Shown here in pieces: positions 30,321 through 42,208 of a stretch of 63,462 bases of DNA. The position numbers were made by a program, and so were the translations under genes. Where the stretch lies: the IMG/VR virus record IMGVR_UViG_3300020048_000041; one strand, given 5' to 3'. Each line of letters begins with the position of its first letter. Within the stretch, counting starts at the first letter, position 1. The notes below the pieces were generated by a model. It worked only from the letters and a program-made list of their open reading frames with translations. It did no database searches and was not told the origin of the DNA. Origin of the DNA: an uncultured virus (IMG/VR IMGVR_UViG_3300020048_000041). Taxonomy: Duplodnaviria; Heunggongvirae; Uroviricota; Caudoviricetes.

Positions 30321-30821
30321 TTAAATTATTTTCGCTAATTTTAAAATAGTTTCAGCATTATTTTTAAAGAGAATACCAGTACCGCCGGCGGCTTCCCATG
30401 CTGAGATGTTTCTAGGTAAGTCATCAATCAATATATCGCTAGGATCCTTAACATATTTTGCCTTTTTAGAACCACCAATTACTGTGTTAACTTTGATGTC
30501 GTTATCTAGGTTACTTTTAACCCACGCAATTTTATCAGCCTTTGCTGTTGCTAATTTACCATGCGGCAAAGGTAAGCTTGTTAAAATTTCTAAATTGATT
30601 GAACCAGAATTATGTAATCGCAATAGGTGTGAAAATAGCGTTTTGTAATTAGGCAAAGGCTCTAAATGTAAAAACAAATGGTCAACTTCAGCTAACCTTG
30701 CCCATGCATTTTTCATACCTAACTCAGCGAAAAATTCTTTTGTTGGCATATTAACTAATGATTCAACTGCGCCGTCAAAATTAGTCATAACCCCATCTAA
30801 ATCTAAATATACATTTAGCAT
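30321..30821 (-). CDS. HAD 5'(3')-deoxyribonucleotidase-like protein
   Basis: YLDLDGVMTNF, ILTS, K, LIDD. Confidence 0.85.
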   Translation of the reverse strand: MLNVYLDLDGVMTNFDGAVESLVNMPTKEFFAELGMKNAWARLAEVDHLFLHLEPLPNYKTLFSHLLRLHNSGSINLEILTSLPLPHGKLATAKADKIAWVKSNLDNDIKVNTVIGGSKKAKYVKDPSDILIDDLPRNISAWEAAGGTGILFKNNAETILKLAKII

Positions 30822-31279
30822 CTAACCTCCATCAAAGAATCTTTAAAATCACCGGAATAGGTGGCTGAAGCAATTAAAACACATGGAGGAGCAGACACAA
30901 TATTTTTCCATCTTTTATCTCCGTCCAGTATAGGCTTACCAAAATAACCGTAAACAAACCCGTTATCATCTGTCGCTATCCAATTAATTGCGCTATGAAT
31001 TTTAATGGTATGTCCAAAATAATGAATTGTTTTAGTAGCAGCAGAAACAAATTCAATAATTTTGAATTTAGGAACTTCTACTAAGTCATTAGCATGATAC
31101 TCAGAATCTATACAATATTCTTTGCCTTCTATAGTCCAACAACAACTATACCATATTTCAGTTTTTGAATCTTGATGCGCGCCTATAACTGGAAAGTCCC
31201 CGCGAACATCAATTTTATAGATTTCAACAGGGTCGCCACTTAAAGTTTTGTATTCTTTATCTTTTTGAATTATCATCAC
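30815..31279 (-). CDS. hypothetical protein
   Basis: 154-aa ORF with WIATD..G motif. Confidence 0.6.
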   Translation of the reverse strand: MMIIQKDKEYKTLSGDPVEIYKIDVRGDFPVIGAHQDSKTEIWYSCCWTIEGKEYCIDSEYHANDLVEVPKFKIIEFVSAATKTIHYFGHTIKIHSAINWIATDDNGFVYGYFGKPILDGDKRWKNIVSAPPCVLIASATYSGDFKDSLMEVRC

Positions 31280-31769
31280 TTTCCTTCATTATGTTTTTGA
31301 TAACATCTGCTAAAGACTCACCGTTTTTAAAGTTATCCCAGTATTCTAAAAACGAGAAAATAGAATCGTAATCAGGATCTTTAATATAGGCTTCATAAGT
31401 AGCGGTTGCTTGCTGGATTTTATGTAGTTTTTTCTCGGCGGTATATAGCCTTGGATTTATACTATCTTTAATCAAATTAGCAAACATTCTTACTGTAGAA
31501 TTGCTATGTTTTGTATGATATTTAAATCCCCATTCTGTTATCCATTTACACATCACCTCAGTTGATTTTGCCACATAGTGAACAAATACCCCGTTAACGA
31601 TAATCAATCCAACATAACCAATTTCATCGTCTTGCTCAATTAAATAAAAGCTGCTCGATTCATCATCAGTAATGACCGTATCGCCTAACCTATAAGTGTT
31701 CATATTACAGGTTAGCTGTTTTGTTTGAATTTCTATGTCATAAATATAAAATGAATCAAAACAGCTCAT
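31257..31769 (-). CDS. hypothetical protein
   Basis: 170-aa ORF in operon. Confidence 0.6.
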   Translation of the reverse strand: MSCFDSFYIYDIEIQTKQLTCNMNTYRLGDTVITDDESSSFYLIEQDDEIGYVGLIIVNGVFVHYVAKSTEVMCKWITEWGFKYHTKHSNSTVRMFANLIKDSINPRLYTAEKKLHKIQQATATYEAYIKDPDYDSIFSFLEYWDNFKNGESLADVIKNIMKESDDNSKR

Positions 31770-32085
31770 ACCCTTATTCCTCGTTGTATTTGTTAAAAAG
31801 AAACTCTCTAAACTCAGCGGCTAACCTTTGATGGGTTTCAAGTGAACAGTGTAAAAACCATTCTCTAGTTTCGCCGGAAGAAAAATAACCCAACGATGTT
31901 CTGTTGTCAATTAATCGTTCAATAGAAAATGGGTTTAATTGATCCCAGTCAATTTCAAAATCAGGATCTGTTATAGTTATCTTTTTACTTAATTCAGCAA
32001 TCTCTTTATTTTTTGTATCAATGATAGTTTCATAACTTTCAATCAACATATCTTTTTCACTTTTGAATCCGAACATAGTATTTCC

Positions 32086-32562
32086 TCAGTTTTTTGTTTC
32101 AATAAATTTAATCAGTTTATCCAATAAAGCTTCAGTTTGGCTATCTAACGTATTTGCATGGTCTTTGTACGTCACAGTTTTATATTTATGGCAGCATGAA
32201 CATAGGGTATGAAGATTTTTCGCTGAATTGTAGTCTTCGCTATAATAGCCATTGAATTTTGCTCTATTTTTAGGGTAAATATGGTCAACTTCAAGTTGAC
32301 CTGCTAACATAATAGTAGTAGTGCAACGAAAGCCTAATCTTCCATCAACATTTTCACAATAGGTTTTTCTTGCCCAACGGTATTCATGTTTAGAATTTTT
32401 ATAATCGTTGACGTTAGCAAACCCAGCTTGCTTTGCTACATTTTCGTTATACATAGCAAAATGCATTTTACATCTGCTACGATAAATTGTATTTCCGTTT
32501 TTTTGTGTACCGGCAGTTGCTTTTTGGTTATTACATCCACGAACTTCACAAATATGACTCAT
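32086..32562 (-). CDS. HNH endonuclease-like zinc-binding protein
   Basis: C..C...C.MH, YCEN.DGRLGF.C, LEVDHI...N...LC.CCH. Confidence 0.75.
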   Translation of the reverse strand: MSHICEVRGCNNQKATAGTQKNGNTIYRSRCKMHFAMYNENVAKQAGFANVNDYKNSKHEYRWARKTYCENVDGRLGFRCTTTIMLAGQLEVDHIYPKNRAKFNGYYSEDYNSAKNLHTLCSCCHKYKTVTYKDHANTLDSQTEALLDKLIKFIETKN

Positions 32563-33271
32563 AATATACGCTCCAAATTAACAAGAGTTTAACTTCATTA
32601 AGATCTATTATACTTGATTATTTTCAAAAGTAAAGCTTTATTTTTACCAGCGGCGCTTACCAAACCCTATAGAAATGCTGAAGCATAAAACGATAATGTG
32701 TAGCTAGATGGGATAAACGTCATTATCCCATCTAACGCCTGCCCCAATGTGTTTTTCAATCATGAAATAGATTCTGCCAGAACCAAACATCTATATGCAC
32801 AAAAAAACAAATGGAACCAAAATTACAAATACAACTGAGAAAAACAAAAGTAAAATATTATCCATTAATCTGTTTCTCCGCATCTTTCCAGTTAGATTCA
32901 GCATCAGTAGAACCGTTGAGCCAAAGGTAATAAGCCGCTTCTTCTACCTGTTTGGTTTTATCTTCCACGTAATTCATATAGACTTCTGCTGCTTCCTCAG
33001 ATGAATTAACTGACCTGAATAGATTTCTAAATTTTGTTAACATATTTTCTCCAATAATCAATCAAATTATACCGTTTAAGCATTTTGCTAATGTTAGGCA
33101 AATGTAGCATATTAACTACAAACCTATCGACTGCTTGGTTAGAAATCTGCTCATATCTTGTTTCCCTATATCTAGTGATAAACCCTAACTCATCATATCG
33201 CTTATCCATAAATCTAGATTTGCGCCGTGAGTAAAACAATTTTAAATTTCGTTTTCGTAGTTCTTTTAGCA

Positions 33272-33685
33272 TTAATTATCCCGAATAAAAGGTTTAAAAT
33301 TATTCACTAAACTTTGTTGAAATTCTTCATAACCAGAATTGTCAGACGGTAATAAGTTAGCAGGAATTTCTGGTGTACTTTTATATTCCCAACATTCAGA
33401 ACCATCATATTCATCCCGTTCTATCCATGAACCATCATCAAACCACACCTCACCATATAGTTCTTGACTGCCAAATCCATTATCGTATTTGAAATCTAAA
33501 TTTTTCAAAAAGGACTCTAACTCATATTGGTCAAACCCTACTGGTAGATAAGCATCTTTTGGATGTTCTCCTTGCCCTTTAAACTCATATCTTTGTTTTG
33601 TTACCCAAGCGCACTTTACAGATACCGAATGCTTTTTGGTAATTCCATCAAGCACATTTACAAGTTCTTCTTTTGCATTTATCAT
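33272..33685 (-). CDS. conserved phage protein
   Basis: YDNGFGSQELYG.VWF.DGSWIER.EYDGSE.W. Confidence 0.7.
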   Translation of the reverse strand: MINAKEELVNVLDGITKKHSVSVKCAWVTKQRYEFKGQGEHPKDAYLPVGFDQYELESFLKNLDFKYDNGFGSQELYGEVWFDDGSWIERDEYDGSECWEYKSTPEIPANLLPSDNSGYEEFQQSLVNNFKPFIRDN

Positions 33686-33942
33686 AATTCATCACCTTGT
33701 TTAGTAAGTTTTAACCAGAAATTGTGTACATAAATTGAACTAGCGATACCAAAAGAACCGCCCATAACATAAGCAATCGATTCATATAAGCCGGCGTTCG
33801 GCGTTGCTTTATATAAAAAGATTTGAAGTGAACCTACCATTAACGAAGTAACGAATGACGGTATCACTTCTTTGTTCTTAACCAATTGACTTTGAAAGCC
33901 TAATAACATAATAATTAGAAAACTAGAACCAAATAACAACAT
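33682..33942 (-). CDS. small multi-TM membrane protein
   Basis: three hydrophobic segments; behind class-2 leader copy 3. Confidence 0.65.
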   Translation of the reverse strand: MLLFGSSFLIIMLLGFQSQLVKNKEVIPSFVTSLMVGSLQIFLYKATPNAGLYESIAYVMGGSFGIASSIYVHNFWLKLTKQGDEL

Positions 33943-33958
33943 ATTTTTTAACCCGCCT

Positions 33959-34020
33959 TTAACCTCAATTCACGCCCGACTAGGCTATTATACGCTTCTA
34001 GGAGTAAAAAGTAAAGTTTT
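33959..34020 (-). promoter_or_regulatory. class-2 early promoter plus leader (copy 3)
   Basis: identical 34-bp core. Confidence 0.8.
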
Positions 34021-34066
34021 ATTTTCACGCATAAAAAACCCAGCGGATTAGGCTGGGTCGTAAAAT

Positions 34067-34312
34067 CTATTTCCATTCTAGCATCGCTTTAGTGTAGTTC
34101 AATTGTCTGTTATACCAAAACTCAACAGACCCACCAAATCGCGCTACGATATTGTCGGAGATAAAAGTGATAGGGTATATCCCATCAATAATGTTGGTAA
34201 GGTAATCATCAGAAATATTAAGCGCTTCAGCTAACTGTATTCTGTTCATATTATTTTCGTCAGCAAGGTCTAATAGGGTATCGACTGGCTTTGAAGGTTG
34301 GAAATTGCTCAT
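34067..34312 (-). CDS. HigA-like HTH protein
   Basis: P.DTL.D....MNRIQLAEALNIS...LTNIIDG..PIT...FG.SVEFW.NRQ.NY. Confidence 0.7.
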   Translation of the reverse strand: MSNFQPSKPVDTLLDLADENNMNRIQLAEALNISDDYLTNIIDGIYPITFISDNIVARFGGSVEFWYNRQLNYTKAMLEWK

Positions 34313-34392
34313 TTTACTCTCCGGTTTATTATTAAGGTTTAACTTCATTACGATCTATTATACTTGGTTTTTCGCAAAAGTAAAGCTTTATT

Positions 34393-34755
34393 TTAAATTA
34401 AATCTCTAATGGCTCTAATGTAGGCAACGTGGCGCTTTTTTCTGTTACCTTGAACTCCATTATGGAAAAACAAATGCTGTGCGTAGTCTGACAAACTACT
34501 CATATTAGATGACCAATACCAATCTTTCTCAAAATCATTTTCGGATTGATAAATTTGATTTAACTCTTCAATAGTAGGTAAGCGCCAACCGGTTTTATTA
34601 TCGATATTAACGAAATGACAATAATTATTTGCATAATACCAACCTTCTAGTTTTTCAGTTTCTTTTGGAGCAATTTCAAAAGGCAATCCACTTAGCTGTT
34701 GTTCTAATACACGAATACGCGATTTTAATTCGGCAATTTCTTGTTCAATATTCAT
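34393..34755 (-). CDS. DUF1566 (Lcl/C-type-lectin-fold) protein, paralogue 1
   Basis: GWRLPTIEEL...YWSS...YIRAIR. Confidence 0.75.
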   Translation of the reverse strand: MNIEQEIAELKSRIRVLEQQLSGLPFEIAPKETEKLEGWYYANNYCHFVNIDNKTGWRLPTIEELNQIYQSENDFEKDWYWSSNMSSLSDYAQHLFFHNGVQGNRKKRHVAYIRAIRDLI

Positions 34756-34864
34756 TTTATCTCCGGCTTATCATTACGATCTATTATACTTGGTTTTTCT
34801 CAAAGTAAAGCTTTTTATGCGTGAAAAAGCCGGCTTCGCGCCGGCTTGGTATCGAAAACGAGTA

Positions 34865-35782
34865 TTATTTTGATGCTTTCCATTTAGATAATACTTGATC
34901 CAAATGTTTCAATTCATCTGTTATAGCTTTAATTTCAGACTCAAGATTAATTTTATTTGTTTTAAAAGCCTTTTCCCAATTAGGATCTTCTCTTCCTATA
35001 GAGATAATATCACGACTTCCAATTTTACGAATATTCAAAATGATAGCATTAGGAAGTTGTTTTAGACGTGATTCTAAATTTTCTTTTTCTTGTTCAGTTG
35101 CTTTAATTCTAGCATTTAACCCATCAAGAGATACTTCTAAATTCTTAAAGTTTACGCCGGCGCAAGATTGAGTTTGGTATCCAGTTCCTGGTCTAGTGAA
35201 CCCATGATGGGACATCAATCCAGTTTTATCAATAGAAATATCACGTAAACACCAACCACAAGTTCCTCTAACTTGATTAGGATTAACCGGCTTTGGTGTC
35301 AATGATGGAGCTCTGCCTTTAACTGTATTTGTTTTCAGATGGTCCATTATATCTTTTAATGGAGCATACTCAGACGCAATCGCTATCGCATTTCCTATTA
35401 GTTTAGATTTACCGGCTAACTTAGAATATTTTTTAACGATACCGTCCATATTTCTAAATCCTTTATCTTTATAATAAAGGTCTTCCTCTTCTTTAGCGTA
35501 TGGAGCCGCATCTCTTTCTTCACGAGATTGATTCAGGTAAAGGTTTGTATAATGTTTTTCCCAAGACGATTCACAAGAATTGTTGAAAACTGATTTTAAA
35601 GTATCTAAATCAGCTTTACGAATACTGCCTTCTTCAATAGCAGTTTTAAGAGTTAACAAGGCATCATCAAATTTATCTTTATTTTTTGGACTCAAAGCGC
35701 CTAACGTTAGATTAAAATTAGAAAGAATTTGTTTAGAAGTGATTTGAACAGATTCTGCTCTAAATTCACGAAATGTTTTCAT
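34865..35782 (-). CDS. putative internal head protein with Zn-binding motif
   Basis: MKTFREFRAES CTS-like start; CGWC...HHG...C. Confidence 0.6.
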   Translation of the reverse strand: MKTFREFRAESVQITSKQILSNFNLTLGALSPKNKDKFDDALLTLKTAIEEGSIRKADLDTLKSVFNNSCESSWEKHYTNLYLNQSREERDAAPYAKEEEDLYYKDKGFRNMDGIVKKYSKLAGKSKLIGNAIAIASEYAPLKDIMDHLKTNTVKGRAPSLTPKPVNPNQVRGTCGWCLRDISIDKTGLMSHHGFTRPGTGYQTQSCAGVNFKNLEVSLDGLNARIKATEQEKENLESRLKQLPNAIILNIRKIGSRDIISIGREDPNWEKAFKTNKINLESEIKAITDELKHLDQVLSKWKASK

Positions 35783-35973
35783 TTGATTATCCTTTGAATA
35801 GCATAACGTTGAAGTCCGTTCCGACGTAACCGGTTAACTTCTCTTTTGGTGATAATTTTAGATAATAGTCCCACCGGTTTAAGTGAGGATTATACGCCGC
35901 GCTATCGAAATACAACACGATAGGATATTTAACATCCTTTCCACAATAGATTACTTTATCGCCCTTTTTGAAA

Positions 35974-36156
35974 CTATTTGACTGCGATTGAAGTTTCATC
36001 ATCATTAACCCGTTTCTCAATTTCTGTCTTAGTGGTCTTTTTACGTTTAGCGCCTATTGGAAGTTCTGTATTAGCAACGCCGGCGGTTGTATTAGCGGCA
36101 ACGCCAGCTGCTACAACATCTTCTAAAACTGCTTTTCTAAATTCAGCAAAACTCAT
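35974..36156 (-). CDS. small late protein with CTS-like start
   Basis: MSFAEFRKAVLED; T4 late promoter 24 nt upstream. Confidence 0.6.
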   Translation of the reverse strand: MSFAEFRKAVLEDVVAAGVAANTTAGVANTELPIGAKRKKTTKTEIEKRVNDDETSIAVK

Positions 36157-36179
36157 TTTATATTCCTTTGTAAATAGAA

Positions 36180-36187
36180 TATTTATA
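36180..36187 (-). promoter_or_regulatory. T4 late promoter
   Basis: exact TATAAATA; gp55 is encoded in the window. Confidence 0.75.
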
Positions 36188-39100
36188 GTTCAAATTTTGC
36201 GATAAGAATTTCCATTTGAGCTTTAGATAAATCCAAACGCTTCAGGAGGTCTAACATACCTGATTCGTAATAGCCTACGACAAAGGGATAGCATACTTCC
36301 CCATCGCCTGCGAACGCCCTTTTAGATCGTTCCTTAGCTGAATTTGTAAACTTTGCGAACATATTATCAATCATCGTATCTTTACCATCAACTTGCATCA
36401 TTTTATCAAACTCCTCAAAGGTCTCAACTGGGTTTAATTCTACTCGTTTAGAGTTAACCGCTATTTTCATTTGTTCTAAATCAAAATTAAATTCGGTTTC
36501 CATTTTCATCTCCGGCTTATTCATTACGATCTATTATACTTGATTATTTCTAAAAGTAAAGCTTTATTTTAAATTATTTTCAAACGTGAAAACGCCGGCA
36601 TATAGCCGGCTAAATTTACTTCCATACTGTATCAATATATTCTGTCAGATTAGCAGTCAGTTTTGACAAAAACATATTAATCTTGACCAACTTATCCTCA
36701 GTAGATTGAGTGAACGCCTTTGGTTTAAAAATTAACGAAAATGGCATTATTACAAACACGCTGGTAAATCCGACCATCATCATAAATGCATAAAACCAAA
36801 GAAACAGAAAATTATTTATTGCTCTAAACATTTTAATCCCCAATCCAACGGTAATCAAAAGCTTCAACAAACGCAATATTGTTGTTGAAATTTATCCATA
36901 TACCATCTTTGCTTAAAATCTGAAACTCAATCCAAGGGTCGTTACGGTAAGCCGCTACTTCAGCATATTTTTTCAACATATCAGCATGTCTGTGCGGTGT
37001 AAATTTATTTGTCATTATTCCCCCTTTCAAACCACATTAAAATTCCAAACACTAAGCCTATCGGTAAAACAATCTCGCTAATCAATCTGACGATAAAAAT
37101 TCCGATACCGCCTAAAACAAATGGCAGGCTGGCGATAAAACCTAAAACGCAACAAGCCGCTAAACCTTTATTAGATTTTGCCCATTCAATCATTTGATTT
37201 TCTCGTAAATATGGTAACAGTAAACCAGTTCAATTTCTGGCTCATCATAAATGTATTCAGTAGTAGGCGTTTGGGTACCGATATAATCGCCCCATTTGTG
37301 CCATCTCCAACCTTCATATCTTGGTTGACTAGATCTAGTGATTTTCGTCAATAGCACTACAAATTCACGGTCAGGTGATAACAGTTCTGGGATGACTTCA
37401 ATCAGATTCTCAATTCCATCACATACGCCGTAATACCACGCAGAATCATTTGTTAGAAATTCAGGATCATTAATATATGATTTAGAACGCTCGAGGGTAT
37501 GTAACCGAAACGAATAATCGCTTAGATAAACGCCTTCTTGAAGTTCATTTTCTGTAATCATTGGGTTACTTTTTAACATAATATACACTCCGGATAGTTC
37601 ATTAAGGTTTAACTTCATTAGACTCTATTATACTCGGTTTTTATCAAAAGTAAAGCTTTATTTTAAATTATTTTTTCTATTTTATAAATTGTTGCGTCAA
37701 GCTCATCGACATTCTTTATAAAGGTATCACCTAAGTCATCATAGATAATTAACGACCAATTTCCATCAAAATCGATATGTTCGTCGATATAATTCACTTC
37801 TACTTTGTGTCCGTAATTCCGAATAACAATACGATAATCTTCAATTGGAATACATCTATACCGCTGTCCGTTGGTTTCTTCAGGCACAGGATACGGTTTT
37901 AGATAAGGCTTTAAATCTTTAAATTTTACAGTTTTCATTTTAGGGTATATCCAAAATTGTTTTTGTCAAGAATATCTAATTGTTCATCTGTTAGTTTAGC
38001 ATAGCAACTGAGCGAATCAACTTGTACTATCTCAAACTCAAATAGAGATAATATCTTAAATACATCTTCGCGGTTTAATAGTACATATTTCATATTAAAA
38101 CGAAATGGAAAGCATATTCATTGTTACTGAGTGACTTTTAACCTTTCTGAATAAATACGAATTAGCAATGATATAATCAACACTAATATCGTCACCAGAA
38201 TCATCAATGATGGTCAAAGTTTGCTCAGTTTCAGAATCAATCAAGGTAGCTTTAGCGCCGTTCAATTGAAAAAAATACATTTTACGTTTCATTTTACTCT
38301 CCAAAATAATTAAGGGATAACTTCATTACTATCTATTATACTAGAATTTTTCCAAAAGTAAAGCTTTTTATTCTTCAATTTCTTCGTCTACTGCTAAAAT
38401 GCTAATTCCATCGCCGTGTTTAAAGATAGCACGTTTTACAGCATCTTCTTTATTTTCAGCTAAAATGCAATCATAACCAATTACGGTAGCTTTGGCAAAA
38501 AAATAATCATATTTCTCATACTTGACTTCAAAGTTTTTTAAGGCTTTCCAGTTAACCGCCATTTCAATCTCCTATTGATCAAGGTTTACCATAAATTCGA
38601 TTACACTTTTAACTTCATCAATTGACAGTCCTTCTTCAAAGGCGATTTCGCGAATAGACATATTGTCATAAACATACATACTGTATATTGCTTCATATAA
38701 TTCTTTCATTTTAACACTCCGATTAATTTAAGGGATAACTTCATTACGATCTATTATACTTGGTTTTATGGAAAAGTAAAGCTTTTTTTATCTTTTTTAA
38801 AAATAAATTTAGAGCTGGGTATTACACCAAACATGTTTAATTTTCCATTTTTCAAGAATAGGCTTACCGCATTCGTCTTCACCGATGCATATATATGCAA
38901 CAGTTTTTTTCACGTTGGCAAATCTAACAGACCCATCACAAATTGCTATTTCATGTTTAAAGCCGTTTTCGATTCCCCATGCCCCTTGTCCTTCAGCCTT
39001 TCCTTCGCTAACTCTGTATTCAAAATTAGCAAACCCGTTATAGAACAAACCACCATTTTCAACAGTACTTTTAAAATAAGACATTTTTAACTCCAATTTA

Positions 39101-39223
39101 ATTACGGTTTAACTTCATTAAGATCTATTATACTATGTTTTTTCCAAAAGTAAAGCTTTATTTTATCTTTTTTAAAAATAAATTTTATGCGTGAAAAAGC
39201 CGGCGCGAAGCCGGCTTTAGTTG

Positions 39224-39439
39224 TTATCTAGGTTGATTACCCAGGAAGTCAGCATACTTTGAGATAGTATGGTCTTCATCCTCTTTAATCATTTTATTGA
39301 AGATCCCAGTAATATAATCGAATTCTTCCTCATGCCCTGAATCTTTAGCTAGGGATTTTGCTTTATCCCAATATTTCTCCAGTTTGGCAATTGGAATATT
39401 TTTCTCTTTAGAGATTTTAGACATGTAAGCTGTAGGCAT
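39224..39439 (-). CDS. ChaB-like small protein
   Basis: MP....K.........LEKYWDKAK.......YITGIF.KM. Confidence 0.5.
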   Translation of the reverse strand: MPTAYMSKISKEKNIPIAKLEKYWDKAKSLAKDSGHEEEFDYITGIFNKMIKEDEDHTISKYADFLGNQPR

Positions 39440-39441
39440 TA

Positions 39442-39819
39442 TTACCCTATAAATTTGGTCAAATCTGGTTTAAAGTAAGATGCAGGTTTCATAATTTTAC
39501 CTGCTTTATTTTTGATTGCCGTACCCGTATCTGGGTCAAGCTTACTGAGGTTTGACGCCGCTACTTCTTTCCAAGCTCCGTCAAAATCATATCCCGCCGC
39601 GATGCAATATCCAATAATCACCCATACGGTATCAACCAACCCGTCCAAAGTTTCAATCGGGTCATTATTATTAACACCGTCAATAAACTCTGCGTATTCT
39701 TCCGCGATTAAGTCTTTATACAGATTAACCAATTCTGGACTCGGAATTTGCTCCCCACCGTCCATAAACGTTTTTACATCACCAAATAAATTAGGGTGGA
39801 TATCACATTTACATGCCAT
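39442..39819 (-). CDS. MazG-like / all-alpha NTP pyrophosphohydrolase
   Basis: LIAEEYAEF, ETLDGLVD.VWV, EV..SNLSK, GKIMKP. Confidence 0.85.
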   Translation of the reverse strand: MACKCDIHPNLFGDVKTFMDGGEQIPSPELVNLYKDLIAEEYAEFIDGVNNNDPIETLDGLVDTVWVIIGYCIAAGYDFDGAWKEVAASNLSKLDPDTGTAIKNKAGKIMKPASYFKPDLTKFIG

Positions 39820-40292
39820 TATTGTTTTCCTTCAATTTTATAAACAAGTTTTGCCGCTATATAGCCGCCCGTAAATGGCGAATAATACATAACCTTTTCA
39901 TTCATTCTAAATGGACCAAAATAGCCGTCTACTTTCGTATAGCCGTCTACCATAGCATTTTCACTATTTAACACTCTTTCGTAGTGTAATCGCATTTTAA
40001 CCCTTCTGGTATTTGTACACAAAATCATTTTGTTGTAAATAATTTACCATCACTTCTTCCATGTCAAAATTTGTTCGCACAGTTAATACTTGGGAATACA
40101 CGCTGTTAGATAAGCATTTATTCCAATTTTCCCAACCCTTTCCTTTTGCTACAGTTTCACCATCCGTTGGTAAAAGCTTTTCTTCAAAAACCGCCGGCGC
40201 TATTTTATCTCCTACGCGAACAGTTTTATTTTCTAAATCAAATACATGTTCTTGAAATAACTTATTCAAGAACGTAGAACATTTTAGAATAA

Positions 40293-41066
40293 TCATAATA
40301 TGATGCGCTTAAATTTAAAGTCGATAGAAGTTTCCTCGAAGGGATAACCCCGAGAATTATTTAGTAACGTACATCCATTGATGACGAGTGTTTTTGGGTT
40401 ATGTTGATGACCAAAAATAGCATAATCAAACATACTAAGCATAGAATCTAAATTAGAACCAAATAGTCCATTCATAGTCCAATAGTCTTTATATTTATCT
40501 TCAGTAGTTTGAAACGATGGAGAATGGTGCGTTACTAATATCACATTATCATACCCCATTTTGTCTACTTGAGTTACCCATTTGACAAAGTGTTTATGGC
40601 GTTGTAATATATTACTGGAGGAAATAAGCTCACCATTATCGCGAATTCTACTATAGTCAGCAATTAGGCGGTTAGCCGTAGATAACGTTGCTGGGTTCTC
40701 TTCATTAAAATTCGTCCATAACGTACCGCCTATGAATAATACATTATCTATAACGAGTGTATTGCCGTCTAAAATATGAACGTTGGTATATTTACTCAGT
40801 AATTTTTTTAGAGTCGTCACGGACGTTGAAAGATCCCCACCGTAGTATTCATGATTCCCCATAACCATAATGACGTTTTTGAATAACGCGGTTACTTTAT
40901 CAAAAAAGTCATATTCTACGGCAAACCCTGAATTAACATCAAGCTCGAACAATTTAACATTTAAGATATCGCCTGCTAAAACTAACACATCACCACTAGG
41001 TGTATTTTCTGGGATATCATAGGGTTCCCATTCATTATGTAAGTCAGACGCATATGCAATAATCAT
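40293..41066 (-). CDS. calcineurin-like metallophosphoesterase
   Basis: SDLH, LAGDI, GNHEYY, VTHHSP, FGHQH. Confidence 0.9.
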   Translation of the reverse strand: MIIAYASDLHNEWEPYDIPENTPSGDVLVLAGDILNVKLFELDVNSGFAVEYDFFDKVTALFKNVIMVMGNHEYYGGDLSTSVTTLKKLLSKYTNVHILDGNTLVIDNVLFIGGTLWTNFNEENPATLSTANRLIADYSRIRDNGELISSSNILQRHKHFVKWVTQVDKMGYDNVILVTHHSPSFQTTEDKYKDYWTMNGLFGSNLDSMLSMFDYAIFGHQHNPKTLVINGCTLLNNSRGYPFEETSIDFKFKRIIL

Positions 41067-41070
41067 AATA

Positions 41071-41217
41071 TCACTCGCTAGGTTTTACCGGTTTTTCTTC
41101 TTTAGGTTCTTCTTTGGGTTTCTTGAATATTCTATCCCAATTATCTTCAAACTTTTGTCTAGATACTGCCATTGGTCTAGACGCATCGCCTTTACCACCT
41201 TCCCACTGTTTTGCCAT
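41071..41217 (-). CDS. small conserved phage protein (not in ORF track)
   Basis: MAKQWEGGKGDASRP...FEDNWDRIF; 48 aa with GGAG RBS. Confidence 0.55.
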   Translation of the reverse strand: MAKQWEGGKGDASRPMAVSRQKFEDNWDRIFKKPKEEPKEEKPVKPSE

Positions 41218-41219
41218 AC

Positions 41220-41630
41220 TTAACTCCCTAATGTGAAAACATTCACATTATTTTCTGTTAAAAAATTAATTCCATCATCAGAACGATAGGCGTTTTTATA
41301 ATACACCGTTGAAATACCCGCGCCTTGTATTAATTTAGCACATTGTAAACAAGGAGAGTGCGTTAAGAAAATAGTTGCTCCTTCAGACGATTCATTAGAT
41401 TTTGCTAATTTTGCGATAAGGTTACCTTCAGCATGTATGACGTAAGGAAAAGTCATACCGTTTTCATCTTCACATTGGTTTGATGAACCCGCCGTTGTAC
41501 CGTTATATCCTTCAGAAATGATTCTGCCATTTTTAACCGCTATGGCACCAACCTTTAATTTATTTGCCGTAGATAGTTGCGCGGTTAACTCCGCAATTCC
41601 CATATAGTACGCAATAAATTTAGGCTTCAT
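41220..41630 (-). CDS. cd: dCMP deaminase
   Basis: KVGA, GYNG, HAE.N, THSPCLQC. Confidence 0.92.
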   Translation of the reverse strand: MKPKFIAYYMGIAELTAQLSTANKLKVGAIAVKNGRIISEGYNGTTAGSSNQCEDENGMTFPYVIHAEGNLIAKLAKSNESSEGATIFLTHSPCLQCAKLIQGAGISTVYYKNAYRSDDGINFLTENNVNVFTLGS

Positions 41631-41719
41631 CTTCATCAATATCCTGTATTTCTAAATCAAGTTCAATTTCAAATTCGTATTCAAAAAACCACGTATTACT
41701 TCCAGCATAATATATCACA

Positions 41720-41902
41720 TTAGTCACCTTTATTTAATCTTGCCAATTTGGCTTCCCAAGTAGATATGAACCATTCAATATGGCTATCTTCCCACCCGTT
41801 ATTATCTATAGTCGGCTTTGGTAAGTAACCAGAGTAGATAGCCATATCTACTTGGGTTCTGGTTACTTTTAGCCGGTTAATAATATCATTAATTGTAATC
41901 AT
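41720..41902 (-). CDS. AlpA/excisionase-like DNA-binding protein
   Basis: ITINDI..RLKVTR.......SGYLPKP....W....IE.F. Confidence 0.5.
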   Translation of the reverse strand: MITINDIINRLKVTRTQVDMAIYSGYLPKPTIDNNGWEDSHIEWFISTWEAKLARLNKGD

Positions 41903-42208
41903 TTTACACCTAAGCTGTAATGAATCCATGATCATTTAATGTATCCTGATTGACGTATTTCAAACCGATAACTTTATGGAACATACATAAACAAGCAGAT
42001 TTATCATCATAGTCCCGTTCCATACCAAAATCATCCTCTCCCCAAACACAAACCCGCCATTGACCGTCTCCTTTTGCTGGGTTTGGTCCAGTTTGTGTAA
42101 AGGAAACACAAACAAGATTAAGGTTGTTATTCCATCCTTTAACTCTATATGCAGGATACCAATTATCTTGAGTTTCTTTATAAACAGTTATTTTATCCAT
42201 TATAAACC

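Noticed and set aside
34067..34312. Complete HigBA toxin-antitoxin module or lysogeny repressor
   Set aside because: No adjacent toxin or integrase; it is an orphan HTH in its own promoter-terminator cassette.
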